NCBI GenBank assembly: GCA_003152105.1
Contig: PLZJ01000002.1
Span: 597,682 to 661,681, forward strand
Direction: 5' to 3'
Source: Candidatus Levyibacteriota bacterium
Lineage (GTDB): Bacteria > Patescibacteriota > Microgenomatia > Levybacterales > UBA12049
DNA: 64,000 bases
Position numbers and translations under genes: made by a program. This document shows, in pieces, positions 21,898 to 32,220 of the stretch; position 1 is the first letter of the stretch, and each line of letters opens with the position of its first letter. Below the pieces are notes generated by a model that made no database searches, was not told where the DNA came from, and was given only the letters and a program-made list of their open reading frames with translations.

Positions 21898-23022
21898 ATG
21901 AAAATAGGAATTGATGCAAGATTGTGGAATGAATCGGGAGTAGGAAGATATATTAGAAATTTAGTTTTTGAGCTAAGCGTAATTGACAAAGACAACGATT
22001 ATGTTTTGTTTTTTAGAAAAGAAGAATTTAATCAAGTTGAAATCCGAGCTAAAAACTTTACTAAAAAATTAGCAGATATACCATGGCATACGCTAAGTGA
22101 GCAGTTAAAATTTCCTGCAGTGATTGCAGAAGAGGAAGTTGATATAATGCATTTCCCCTATTTCTCTGTACCAATTTTTTACAATAGACCATTTATCGTT
22201 ACCATTCATGATCTTATTTTACATCATTTTCCAACCGGTAAAGCATCAACGCTTCCTCGATTTGTCTATAGTGCCAAATATTTTGGCTATAAACTTATAT
22301 TACAAGCAGCGGCAGACAAATCTAGCAAAATAATAACTGTATCCAGTGCTACAAAATCAGAAATACGTGACCATCTACAAATCAGAGATGAAAAAATTGT
22401 TGTTATCCACGAAGGTATTGCAAAGCTTAAGGCAAGTCAAAAATTGGAAAACAACATTAAAAAATTTTCTTCATTTGAAAATGGACAATATATATTATAT
22501 GTGGGGAATGCATATCCTCATAAAAATTTACAACTTTTAATTCATGCTTTTTTGGAAGCTCGAAAAACTAATGAAACCTCTCAGCTAATATTAGTTGGTA
22601 CAAGAGATTATTTTTATGCAAGACTTGAAAAATCATTTAAAGATGCAGTAGATGCCAATGCAATAGTTTTTTTTGGTAAAGCGACTGATGATGAACTGGC
22701 ATTATTATATGAAAATGCTAAGGCCACGATTGTTCCTTCTTTAATGGAGGGCTTTGGTCTTCCAGTACTTGAAGCAATGTCTTGTGGAAGTTTGGTAATC
22801 GCATCAAATATACCTGCCTTAAAAGAAATCGGTGGAGATGTGCCTATTTATTTCAACTCAAATAGTCTTGACGAATTAGAAACCATAATACAAGAGGTGC
22901 TAGGGAAAAGTAGTGCTACTTATAAAGAAAGAATTGAAAAAGGAAAAGCATTAGTTAAAAAATACTCATGGCAAAAGATGGCAAAGGAAACATTAAAAAT
23001 ATACACACAAGCTGCGTACTAA
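21898..23022 (+). CDS. Glycosyltransferase family 4
   Basis: MKIGIDAR, YPHKN, EGFGLPVLEAM. Confidence 0.92.
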   Translation: MKIGIDARLWNESGVGRYIRNLVFELSVIDKDNDYVLFFRKEEFNQVEIRAKNFTKKLADIPWHTLSEQLKFPAVIAEEEVDIMHFPYFSVPIFYNRPFIVTIHDLILHHFPTGKASTLPRFVYSAKYFGYKLILQAAADKSSKIITVSSATKSEIRDHLQIRDEKIVVIHEGIAKLKASQKLENNIKKFSSFENGQYILYVGNAYPHKNLQLLIHAFLEARKTNETSQLILVGTRDYFYARLEKSFKDAVDANAIVFFGKATDDELALLYENAKATIVPSLMEGFGLPVLEAMSCGSLVIASNIPALKEIGGDVPIYFNSNSLDELETIIQEVLGKSSATYKERIEKGKALVKKYSWQKMAKETLKIYTQAAY

Positions 23023-23052
23023 ACACGACTGCACTCTGATATAATCTGATGA

Positions 23053-24138
23053 GTGAAAGTAGCAATCGTTTATGATAGAGTGAATAAATGGGGAGGCGCA
23101 GAAAGAGTATTGCTTGCCTTACATAAACTATTTCCAAATGCCCCTCTTTACACATCTGTTCATAACAATACTAGCGCACCCTGGTCAAAAGTATTTACAG
23201 TAATTCCTTCTTTTTTACAAAACTTCCCTTTTGCAAAAAATAGTCATGAATTATATCCGCTGCTTATGCCAATAGCTTTTGAATCTTTTTCATTTGATAA
23301 ATATGATCTTGTGATATCTGTAACAAGTGAATCAGCAAAAGGTATAATAACAAAACCTCACACAAAACATATTTGCTACTTACTAACCCCAACAAGATAT
23401 TTGTGGAGTGGCTATAAAAACTATTTTAAAAATGAGTATGTAAGATTTCTTAGTTACCCATTGATATGGTATTTAAGAACGTGGGATATTATTGCATCTA
23501 AAAGACCAGATGCATATATTGCTATTTCAAAAGAAGTACAAAAGCGTATTAAAAAATATTACAATGAAGAATCATTGCTCTTGTATCCTCCAGTCTATTC
23601 AAATTTAGCAAAAATGAAAAACAAAATAAAAGGAGTAGAAAGTCAAAAGCCTTATTTTTTAATTGTATCAAGACTTGTGGATTATAAAAGAATAGATATT
23701 GCAATAGAAGCATGCAATGAACTTGCTCTTCCTCTTAAAATAGTAGGGATTGGTAGTTCTGAACAAGCACTTAGAAATATAGCTGGCTCAACAATAGAAT
23801 TTTTAGGTAGCTTGACTGACGATGAGCTTATTAGGTATTATAAGGGGTGCAAAGCACTGTTATTTCCTGGACATGAAGATTTTGGATTAACAGTAATTGA
23901 GGCTCATTTATTTGGAAAGCCAGTTATAGCATACAAAAAAGGTGGAGCTCTTGAAACCATCAATGAGGGTAAAACAGGAGAATTTTTTTACCCGCAGACA
24001 AAATCAGCTCTTATTGATACAATAAGATACTTTATGAGCAAGACTTACGATGCTCAAAGTTGCAAAAAACAAGCATCGCTATTTAATGAAAAAAAATTTA
24101 ATTCAGAACTTTTGCGCATAATTGGAGAATTTATATGA
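23053..24138 (+). CDS. Glycosyltransferase family 4 (WbaZ-like mannosyltransferase)
   Basis: GGAERVL, SRLVDYKRID, EDFGLTVIEA. Confidence 0.85.
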   Translation: MKVAIVYDRVNKWGGAERVLLALHKLFPNAPLYTSVHNNTSAPWSKVFTVIPSFLQNFPFAKNSHELYPLLMPIAFESFSFDKYDLVISVTSESAKGIITKPHTKHICYLLTPTRYLWSGYKNYFKNEYVRFLSYPLIWYLRTWDIIASKRPDAYIAISKEVQKRIKKYYNEESLLLYPPVYSNLAKMKNKIKGVESQKPYFLIVSRLVDYKRIDIAIEACNELALPLKIVGIGSSEQALRNIAGSTIEFLGSLTDDELIRYYKGCKALLFPGHEDFGLTVIEAHLFGKPVIAYKKGGALETINEGKTGEFFYPQTKSALIDTIRYFMSKTYDAQSCKKQASLFNEKKFNSELLRIIGEFI

Positions 24139-25217
24139 AAATAATTGTATTTGCAGGTGGTGTCGGAACAAGACTTTGGCCATTATCTAGAAAAAATACA
24201 CCAAAACAGTTTGAGAAAATTATTGGAGAAAGATCAACACTTCAAGAAGCGGTCTTTCGTCTTCAACCTACGTTTAAACCTGATGAAATTATTGTCGCAA
24301 CGGGAATAAGATATAAAGATATAGTCGAACGACAACTTCCAGAACTTCCAAAAGAAAACTTTTTATACGAACCTGAAATGAGAGACGTGGGTCCTGCAAT
24401 TGGAATGGCGACAATGATACTAAATAAAATGGATCCAGATGAACCAATGGCAATTATATGGAGTGATCATATGGTCAAAAATGTTGAAGCATTTCAAAAG
24501 GCGCTGGAATTAGCAAAGGAAAAAGTATTAGACAGTACAGCTAAGTTTATATTTATCGGTCAAAAGCCTAGATTTGCAAATCAAAATATTGGTTGGATTC
24601 ATTGTGGTGATAAAGTAGAGGAAGAAAATAATATTGCTTTATATAAATTTAAAAAACTAAAATACAGGCCAAAACTCTCACAGGCAGAAGATTTCTTCAA
24701 AGATGAAAGTTATGTTTGGAATTTTGGTTATTTTGTCACCACGCCTCGTTTTTTGAGTGAACTATATGAAGTGTATGTTCCAGAAATGTACGCTAAATTA
24801 TCTAAAATTCAAAGCGCCTATGATACTCCTTCGTTTGAAGAAACAGTTGCAAAAATATATCCAACGCTTGAAAAATTAAGTTTTGATGACGCAATTTTGG
24901 AAAAGCTTACTCCGAAGAATATTTACGTAATCTCTGTCGATGTAGGATGGAGTGATATAGGTGCTTGGGAAGCTTTAAAGGAAGCATTAAGTACCTCATC
25001 TGATGAAAATGTAACAAAAGGAAAAGTTATGGTTGAAGATAGTAAAGATACATTAGTATTTAATTATACTAATCAACTTCTGGTTGGCATTGATCTTTCT
25101 GAAATGCTTGTTATTGCAACTGATGATGTAGTACTTGTTTGCCCAAAAACTGCAGTACCAAAAATTAAAAAATTAGTTGAAAGTTTATCCGGTACCGAAA
25201 ATGAACATTTAACTTAG
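24135..25217 (+). CDS. manC: Mannose-1-phosphate guanylyltransferase (no PMI domain)
   Basis: AGGVGTRLWPLSRKNTPKQF, SDH, GWSDIGAW. Confidence 0.88.
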   Translation: MKIIVFAGGVGTRLWPLSRKNTPKQFEKIIGERSTLQEAVFRLQPTFKPDEIIVATGIRYKDIVERQLPELPKENFLYEPEMRDVGPAIGMATMILNKMDPDEPMAIIWSDHMVKNVEAFQKALELAKEKVLDSTAKFIFIGQKPRFANQNIGWIHCGDKVEEENNIALYKFKKLKYRPKLSQAEDFFKDESYVWNFGYFVTTPRFLSELYEVYVPEMYAKLSKIQSAYDTPSFEETVAKIYPTLEKLSFDDAILEKLTPKNIYVISVDVGWSDIGAWEALKEALSTSSDENVTKGKVMVEDSKDTLVFNYTNQLLVGIDLSEMLVIATDDVVLVCPKTAVPKIKKLVESLSGTENEHLT

Positions 25218-25230
25218 ATCTCTACTTTTT

Positions 25231-25896
25231 ATGCCCAACACTGACGTTAAAAAAAGCTTACCTTACGAATTAGCTAAGCGATTGTTTGATATTATTGCTT
25301 CAATTATTTTACTCATTATTTTTTTTCCAATAATTTTAGTTGTGGCAATACTTATAAAACTTGATTCACCAGGCCCTGTTTTTGCAGATACACCTGAAAG
25401 AGTTGGCAATAAAGGGGAACTGTTTAAAATGTATAAATTCCGATCAATGATACAAAATGCACATCAATTACTTCGCGAAGATCCACAATTTTCAACTCTT
25501 TATTCTGATTATAAAACGGGTAGCTACAAATTAAAAGAAGACCCACGTATTACAAAAGTGGGTAGCTTTTTGCGAAAACATTCACTCGATGAAGTGCCGC
25601 AGTTTATAAATGTGCTATTTGGTGATATGAGTTTAGTGGGCCCAAGAGCATATTATCCTGATGAGCTTCGAGATCAACAAAAAAAATACCCAAACACCAA
25701 GGAAGCAGTCAAAATTGTGTTATCAGTCAGGCCAGGAATAACAGGATACTGGCAAGTTAATGGAAGAAGTCAAATTAATTTTGATAAAAGAATTGAAATG
25801 GATGCAACGTATGTGAGAAAACGATCAATGATTTATGACTTGTATATTATCTTACAAACACCGTGGGCTATGATATCTGGCAAAGGGGCACTTTAA
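25231..25896 (+). CDS. Priming sugar transferase (polyprenyl-phosphate phosphoglycosyl transferase)
   Basis: KRLFDI, KFRSM, DPRITKVG, SLDEVPQ, MSLVGPR, PGITGYWQ. Confidence 0.92.
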   Translation: MPNTDVKKSLPYELAKRLFDIIASIILLIIFFPIILVVAILIKLDSPGPVFADTPERVGNKGELFKMYKFRSMIQNAHQLLREDPQFSTLYSDYKTGSYKLKEDPRITKVGSFLRKHSLDEVPQFINVLFGDMSLVGPRAYYPDELRDQQKKYPNTKEAVKIVLSVRPGITGYWQVNGRSQINFDKRIEMDATYVRKRSMIYDLYIILQTPWAMISGKGAL

Positions 25897-25906
25897 GGTC
25901 TTTTAT

Positions 25907-25936
25907 TTGACAAAATATATATACTTTAGCTATTAT
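25907..25936 (+). promoter_or_regulatory. Sigma70-like promoter of the DUF4012 gene
   Basis: TTGACA 25907-25912, 18 bp, TATTAT 25931-25936, ATG at 25943. Confidence 0.5.
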
Positions 25937-25942
25937 TATTTC

Positions 25943-27925
25943 ATGTCAACTTTTGAAAAAATCGATTTTGCAAATTATGTAGGTAAAGAAAAAGCCCAAC
26001 CAACAGAAACAATGACTATGTCCAGAAGAAGATCAAAAAGAAAATTTGAAATACTAAAATCCAAAAAACTAGGAATTGCTCTTGGTATATTTCTTGTCAT
26101 TGTTGTGATTTTAGTTTTTGCGATCGTACTTCCTGCTAAAAAACTGTACAGCTCAGTAAAAGTCACTGAAGCTGATGCTAAACTCGCTGCATCTGCAATG
26201 AAGATGGAAAACATTGAACTTGCATCAACGTATCTTGGTACTACAAGAACAGATCTTATGCAAACGCAAGCAGATTTACATAAGATGTCATATTTACACT
26301 TTATACCAATTGCAAGTTGGTATTATAGTGATGGAGATCATTTAGTGAATGCAGGGTTTGATGGTTTAGATGCTGTTGATACTATTGTAAATGCAATTAA
26401 ACCAAATGCGGATCTTCTTGGATTAAAAGGAAAAGGAAGTTTTGTAGGTGGATCTGCTGAGCAGCGAATTTCTACAGCTGTTGCAACACTTGGAACAGTC
26501 ACACCCAAAATAGATGATATAGCTAAATCTCTTGAAGCAGCTAAAGTTGAAATAGATGCCGTAGACCTAGGGCATTACCCAACAATCTTAGGTGGAGGGA
26601 AAATAAATACACAGCTTACGAGCGCAAAGAAACTATTAGACGAAGGATCTGTATTTATATCAGATGCACAACCACTTATTAAAGTTTTGCCTTCTCTTCT
26701 TGGTGAACCTGATCAAAAAAAGTATTTAGTTATATTCCAAAACGACAAAGAACTTAGACCTACTGGAGGTTTTATTACTGCTTACGCAGTGTTTGATATA
26801 AATAAGGGAGTTATAAGCGTTGAGCAATCAAGTGATATTTATGAACTTGATGCCACAATTTCAAATAAACCTCAGGCACCTACGCCAATATTAAAATATT
26901 TACCAAATGTATATGTATGGAATTTAAGAGATACAAACCTATCTCCTGATTTTATAGTTTCAATGCAAGAATTTAAGAAATTATATGCATTAAGTAGTGG
27001 TCCAAAAGTGGATGGAATTATTGCTCTTGATACGAGTATGCTCGTCTCAACAATGGATATTTTAGGCGATATTCAAACAGAAGGAACTACCTTTACTACC
27101 CAAACTGATGCAAGATGTGAATGTCCACAAGTAATTTATGCACTTGAGCAGGCAGACCAGCCAGTAAATTATATTAAGTCAAATAGAAAAGGATTAATAG
27201 GAGATTTAATGTACTCCATTTTGCACAAAGCGCTTTCATCTTCTCCAAAGTTATATTGGGGACCATTATTTCAAAGTGCAATTGCACAAATTGGACAAAA
27301 ACATTTATTATTTGATTTAAACGATCCAAACGCGCAACAAGGGCTTGAAGCACTAAACACAGCTGGTCAAATAATACCATTTAATGGTGATTATCTACAC
27401 GTAAATGATACAAATTTTGCCAGTGGTAAAGCAAACTTATATGTCCAAGAAGCAGTTACGCAAGATTATCAGTTACAAAGTGATGGATCAATTAACAAAA
27501 CAATTACGATTAAATATACAAATAATCATCCACCTTCAGATTGTAGTTTGGCATCAGGCGGTTTATGTTTAAATACTACGTATCGGGATTGGAATAGAAT
27601 ATATGTTCCAGAAGGAAGTCAACTACTCAGTAGTACTGGATCAGAAGTAAAAGTTACCTCTTATAATGATCTTGGTAAAACTGTTTTCGAGAGTTTTTTC
27701 TCTGTAAGACCTCTTGGAGAAAAAACATTTACAGTTTCATATAAATTACCATTTAAATTAAAAGACAAATCAGACTTGCCACTACTTATTCAAAAACAGC
27801 CGGGAACAAATGGTAATATTAATGCCATAACAATAAATGGAAGTCCATTTACTGCCGGAGTAAATAATCAGAACGTACAAACTTTTCCTCTTCAAACCGA
27901 TCAACAAATTCAAGTTAAATTCTAA
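25943..27925 (+). CDS. DUF4012 domain membrane-anchored protein
   Basis: FQNDKELRPTGGFI, RDTNLSPDF, DGII; N-terminal TM. Confidence 0.8.
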   Translation: MSTFEKIDFANYVGKEKAQPTETMTMSRRRSKRKFEILKSKKLGIALGIFLVIVVILVFAIVLPAKKLYSSVKVTEADAKLAASAMKMENIELASTYLGTTRTDLMQTQADLHKMSYLHFIPIASWYYSDGDHLVNAGFDGLDAVDTIVNAIKPNADLLGLKGKGSFVGGSAEQRISTAVATLGTVTPKIDDIAKSLEAAKVEIDAVDLGHYPTILGGGKINTQLTSAKKLLDEGSVFISDAQPLIKVLPSLLGEPDQKKYLVIFQNDKELRPTGGFITAYAVFDINKGVISVEQSSDIYELDATISNKPQAPTPILKYLPNVYVWNLRDTNLSPDFIVSMQEFKKLYALSSGPKVDGIIALDTSMLVSTMDILGDIQTEGTTFTTQTDARCECPQVIYALEQADQPVNYIKSNRKGLIGDLMYSILHKALSSSPKLYWGPLFQSAIAQIGQKHLLFDLNDPNAQQGLEALNTAGQIIPFNGDYLHVNDTNFASGKANLYVQEAVTQDYQLQSDGSINKTITIKYTNNHPPSDCSLASGGLCLNTTYRDWNRIYVPEGSQLLSSTGSEVKVTSYNDLGKTVFESFFSVRPLGEKTFTVSYKLPFKLKDKSDLPLLIQKQPGTNGNINAITINGSPFTAGVNNQNVQTFPLQTDQQIQVKF

Positions 27926-27963
27926 TTTTTGTAACTTACCCATAAATTGTATATACTAATACT

Positions 27964-28533
27964 ATGCGTTCTGTCAAAACTGAAGGAATTGTTATAAAAC
28001 GCAAAAACTACGGAGAAGCTGATAGATTAGTAACTGTTTTTACAAAAGATTTTGGCAAAATTACGGTTAAGGCAGGTGGAGTAAGACGAATAACAAGCAG
28101 AAGGTCCTCACATATTGAACTTCTTAATTTATCTGAAATTTATTTATATAAAGGTCGATCATATTTTACTTTAACAGAAGCGATTGTAATGAAAAACTTC
28201 TTAGCTATTAAAGATAACTTAGTAACTATTGGTTTTGCATATCATATTTGTGAGCTTATTGACGGATTATGCGCAGAGAACCAAGAAAATGAAAAAGTAT
28301 TTCATCTGCTAAAGAATACGCTTTCAAAACTCGTTGCAATAACTGAAAGTGGAAAAGAAGACGATTTAGTTTCGACAGTTCATGCATTCGAAGTAGATTT
28401 ATTAATAATGCTTGGATTTTGGCATGTACCGGAAGGGATTCCAACGAAGCGTGTAAATATACACTCAATTATCGAAAATTTATTAGAAAGAAAATTAAAA
28501 AGCAAACAAATAATTCTACAAATAAAAAATTAA
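27964..28533 (+). CDS. recO: DNA repair protein RecO
   Basis: EGIVIKRKNYGEADRLVTVFTKDFGK, AGGVRR. Confidence 0.9.
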   Translation: MRSVKTEGIVIKRKNYGEADRLVTVFTKDFGKITVKAGGVRRITSRRSSHIELLNLSEIYLYKGRSYFTLTEAIVMKNFLAIKDNLVTIGFAYHICELIDGLCAENQENEKVFHLLKNTLSKLVAITESGKEDDLVSTVHAFEVDLLIMLGFWHVPEGIPTKRVNIHSIIENLLERKLKSKQIILQIKN

Positions 28534-28578
28534 ACCCAACTTTTTTAGAAATTTGCGTTGTGTAGTATACTATAGTCT

Positions 28579-29826
28579 ATGAAAAATAAACGAATTGCAG
28601 TTATTGCGTACCATACCTGTCCGCTTTCTGATGAAGGTCAAGAAATTGGTGGGATGAATATTTATGTCTTAGAAATGTCTAAAATGCTCGCCAAAAAAGG
28701 CTTTATCATTGATATTTTTACAAGATGTCAGGACAATAAGAGTGAAAAAATAGTTGAAGTTTGTCCAAATCTTCGTGTTATTCATCTTGTTGCAGGAAAG
28801 TCCGCACCAATTGAGAAACGTAAATTACGTCCTTTGATTCCTGCATTTATTGTAAGTTTTGATAAATTTGTAAATGAGGAAAAACTTCATTACGATATTG
28901 TTGATTGTCACTATTACCTTTCGGGTATTATAGGGCTTGCTATCAAAGCTACATATAAAATACCACTTTTTATGAAATATCATACGCTTGGCATTATGAA
29001 GAATTTAGTGGCAAGAGATGAAGATGAGACTGAAGATATTTATCGAATTAAAACTGAAATGCATCTTGCAAGACAATCTGATAAGATTTTTGCAAATAGT
29101 CGAACTGAAGAAGCATATATTGAGTCACTTTATGGGGCACGTAAAGATGCGATTATTATTCTATCCCCAGGAGTGAATGTTGAATTATTTCATCCATATG
29201 ATAAGGTTACTGCAAAAAAAGAAGTAGGGGCACCACTAGAGAAGAAAATGATTTTATTCGTAGGACGACCTGAGCCATTAAAAGGAATTGATACGCTGAT
29301 GTATGCAGTAAAGATACTTATTGAAAAAGATCCTTTGCTCTCATTATCTCTTTGGATCGTTGGTGGAATTGTGGGTAAGAATATCGATACTTGGTCAAAA
29401 GAACTTAAAAAACTTGAGAGTTTACGCAGAACATTGTCAATTAGCTCGAACGTGCATTTTATAGGTAGAAAAAGTCAGGAAGAATTGCCAAGTTTTTATA
29501 ATGCAGCTGATATTGTTGTGTTGCCTTCACACTATGAATCCTTTGGTATTACTGCGCTTGAAGCAATGGCATGCGGTACACCTGTTGTAACAACTGATGT
29601 AACGGGAGTAGCTGATTTATTTGATAAAAAACACTCTCCACTTATCACTTCTGCACACAATCCTATTCGACTTGCGCAAAAACTACATAATTTGTTAACT
29701 GACAAAAAGATGTATGAAAAATCTAGTAAAGAGGTTTTTGAAAAAGTACAAGATTTAAGTTGGAGTAAAATTGCGGACAAATATATATCGGTTGTAAATA
29801 AATGTACAACGCGTAGTGTTTTGTAG
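28579..29826 (+). CDS. MshA-like GT4 glycosyltransferase
   Basis: HTCPL..GGMNIYV, HYYLSG, YESFGITALEAMACG. Confidence 0.8.
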   Translation: MKNKRIAVIAYHTCPLSDEGQEIGGMNIYVLEMSKMLAKKGFIIDIFTRCQDNKSEKIVEVCPNLRVIHLVAGKSAPIEKRKLRPLIPAFIVSFDKFVNEEKLHYDIVDCHYYLSGIIGLAIKATYKIPLFMKYHTLGIMKNLVARDEDETEDIYRIKTEMHLARQSDKIFANSRTEEAYIESLYGARKDAIIILSPGVNVELFHPYDKVTAKKEVGAPLEKKMILFVGRPEPLKGIDTLMYAVKILIEKDPLLSLSLWIVGGIVGKNIDTWSKELKKLESLRRTLSISSNVHFIGRKSQEELPSFYNAADIVVLPSHYESFGITALEAMACGTPVVTTDVTGVADLFDKKHSPLITSAHNPIRLAQKLHNLLTDKKMYEKSSKEVFEKVQDLSWSKIADKYISVVNKCTTRSVL

Positions 29827-29847
29827 TTACACAAAGGCTATATAGGA

Positions 29848-30015
29848 TTATTTCCTCATTTTATCAGCAACTACGGCAATTACCATTATTAAAACGCCAA
29901 GCCACCATATCGTTAGAGCTGGAATTAAATAAGCGAGAAAGAGTCCAAGTCCTAAACCAAATAAGCTGTGCATGAAGACATGGCCAGTAAAGCAAGCTTT
30001 CATTTTACTATTCAT
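29848..30015 (-). CDS. 55-aa two-TM membrane peptide (below the ORF-track cutoff)
   Basis: Reads MNSKMKACFTGHVFMHSLFGLGLGLFLAYLIPALTIWWLGVLIMVIAVVADKMRK; strong SD AAGGAGGTGAT upstream. Confidence 0.75.
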   Translation of the reverse strand: MNSKMKACFTGHVFMHSLFGLGLGLFLAYLIPALTIWWLGVLIMVIAVVADKMRK

Positions 30016-30127
30016 TGATTATCACCTCCTTTCATTTTTAGCATGACACGTACAGTTTATCTATGCAAGAGGTATTTGGATTCTAATACCCATGCGTATT
30101 TGCTTTCATTTTTGCTATAATACTTTT

Positions 30128-31498
30128 ATGAACGAAGATGCTAATTTATTAGATAAAGTTGTTGCACTTGCGAAGCGAAGAGGTTTTGCTTACCCTTCCT
30201 CAGAAATTTACGGCGGCCTTGCAAATTCATGGGATTTTGGTCCGTTAGGAACGCTTCTTAAAAATAATATTCGAGATGCATGGTGGAATGATTTTGTGCT
30301 TAAAAGAGATGATATGGTTGGTATTGATGCATCAATTTTTTTAAGTCCTGACGTGTGGAATGCATCAGGTCATGTGGCAGGGTTTACAGATGCGCTTATT
30401 GAATGTAAACAGTGCCATACTCGTACTAGAGCAGATCATCTAATTGAAGATGCTTTGCCAGATATTAAAGTTGAAGGTTTAGAAGTAGATGAGCTTGAAA
30501 AAATTATCAATGAGAAGGAAATTCATTGTCCGAATTGTGGCAAGTTTGATTGGACAACAATTAGAAAATTTAACTTATTATTTGAAACAAGTATTGGCAT
30601 TGTAGAAGAAAATAAATCAAAAGCATATTTGAGGGGTGAAATTGCACAAGGTATTTTTCTTAATTTTAAAAATGTATTAAATACTACTCGTGTTAAAATT
30701 CCTTTTGGTATAGCACAGCAAGGGAAAGCATTTAGAAACGAAATTACGATGGGACAATTTGTTCACAGGACGCTTGAGTTTGATTTAATGGAATTTGAAT
30801 ATTTTATACACCCTGATAATTGGGAAAAGGTGTATGCGTATTGGAAAGAAGAAATGATGCAATGGGCGCTGTCTCTTGGTGTAAAAAAAGAACATTTGCG
30901 ATGGAGAGAACATGAAGAACATGAAAGATCTCATTATTCGAAAAAAACAATGGATATTGAATATAAATATTCCTTTGGGTGGAAAGAAATTTTTGGTTTG
31001 GCATATAGAACGGACTTTGATTTAGCTAATCATTCAAAACATTCGGGCAAAGACTTGAAATATTCAGACCTACTCACGGGAGAAACATATATGCCACACG
31101 TTATTGAGCCAACATTTGGATTATCTCGATTAGTAGGTATAGTGCTCATGGATGCCTATAATGAAGAAGAAAACAGAACTGTTCTTAAGATTTCTCCGAA
31201 ACTTGCGCCTTATAAAGTTGCTGTATTTCCTCTGCTTTCAAATAAGGAAGAATTGGTAAGTAAAGCAAAAAGTGTGTACGAGCAAATAAGACAAGAATTT
31301 GTTAGTTATTATGATGATAGAGGCAATATTGGAAAGCGATATTTATATCAAGATGAAATAGGAACACCATATTGTGTGACAGTAGATTTCCAAACACTAG
31401 AAGATAATTGCGTTACGATAAGAGATAGAGATACGACACAACAAGAAAGAGTCCCAATTGATCAGCTAATAAATATAATCAAAAAGAAACTGCTATAG
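30128..31498 (+). CDS. glyQS: Glycyl-tRNA synthetase, alpha2 type
   Basis: SEIYGG, FRNEI, EFDLMEFEYF, EPTFG, DEIGTPYCVTVD; ATG 30128 follows TATAAT. Confidence 0.95.
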   Translation: MNEDANLLDKVVALAKRRGFAYPSSEIYGGLANSWDFGPLGTLLKNNIRDAWWNDFVLKRDDMVGIDASIFLSPDVWNASGHVAGFTDALIECKQCHTRTRADHLIEDALPDIKVEGLEVDELEKIINEKEIHCPNCGKFDWTTIRKFNLLFETSIGIVEENKSKAYLRGEIAQGIFLNFKNVLNTTRVKIPFGIAQQGKAFRNEITMGQFVHRTLEFDLMEFEYFIHPDNWEKVYAYWKEEMMQWALSLGVKKEHLRWREHEEHERSHYSKKTMDIEYKYSFGWKEIFGLAYRTDFDLANHSKHSGKDLKYSDLLTGETYMPHVIEPTFGLSRLVGIVLMDAYNEEENRTVLKISPKLAPYKVAVFPLLSNKEELVSKAKSVYEQIRQEFVSYYDDRGNIGKRYLYQDEIGTPYCVTVDFQTLEDNCVTIRDRDTTQQERVPIDQLINIIKKKLL

Positions 31499-31540
31499 AT
31501 TCTTGACAAAGCATACCTCTATATGAGTATAATTTAGCCA

Positions 31541-32095
31541 GTGAATAAATTATTACAAGACAAGAAGCTTTTAGGATTAGTTGGCGTAGCAGTTGTCTTA
31601 ATTTTAGGAGGCGCATATTTTATTATCGCAAATGGAAAAGCGAAGCAAGAAGAATCTTCACCATCAGCGCAAATCGAAGTAATTCATAATCTTAATCCTT
31701 CAGATCTTGGGCTTTCAATAACACCTCATATTGGCAATAAATGTAGTACGACTCCAACACCGTATAATGAAGTAAAGTTTAGTATGGCAAAAACACAAGA
31801 TATTAAACATGTGTCATGGCAATTTACGTATAATGCAGACATTCCTGCAACTGAGCAGATTGCTGACAGTGGTAATGGTCAAGTTACTCAACAATTAGGA
31901 TCCGATGAAGGTCAGGATGTTAGTAGTGGGAAGCCATATGACTCACGATATGAGTTTTTAGGAACATGCTCAAAAAATGTGTGTCGATGTGATACGGGGG
32001 TCAAAGCAATTGATCTTGTATTAAAAATAACAAAGAATGACAATTCAGTTTATGAAGCGAAAGATTCTGTAGATCTAAGCACTTACACTCAATAA
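31541..32095 (+). CDS. Membrane-anchored hypothetical protein
   Basis: N-terminal TM, GTCSKNVCRCD motif; TATAAT 7 nt before GTG. Confidence 0.7.
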   Translation: MNKLLQDKKLLGLVGVAVVLILGGAYFIIANGKAKQEESSPSAQIEVIHNLNPSDLGLSITPHIGNKCSTTPTPYNEVKFSMAKTQDIKHVSWQFTYNADIPATEQIADSGNGQVTQQLGSDEGQDVSSGKPYDSRYEFLGTCSKNVCRCDTGVKAIDLVLKITKNDNSVYEAKDSVDLSTYTQ

Positions 32096-32172
32096 TCTCC
32101 ACCCATTTTTCTAAAAAAAATCGAAATTCTACCTATTGACACATTGTGAAATTTCTGTGAAAATACTATCAC

Positions 32173-32198
32173 GTGGTTTAAAGTGGTGAAAAGTGGTG
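32173..32198 (+). promoter_or_regulatory. MraZ-binding direct repeats
   Basis: GTGG at 32173, 32183 and 32193 (10-bp period) upstream of mraZ. Confidence 0.85.
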
Positions 32199-32220
32199 AA
32201 AACAAATAAACGGAGATATT

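Noticed and set aside
25907-25942. TTG start of the DUF4012 ORF (likewise TTG 61271 for the hexokinase gene)
   Set aside because: The TTG is part of a TTGACA -35 box; downstream ATGs at 25943 and 61310 fit the promoters.
32171-32200. Short direct repeats as a possible CRISPR or iteron array
   Set aside because: 10-bp periodic GTGG boxes before mraZ are explained by known MraZ autoregulation.
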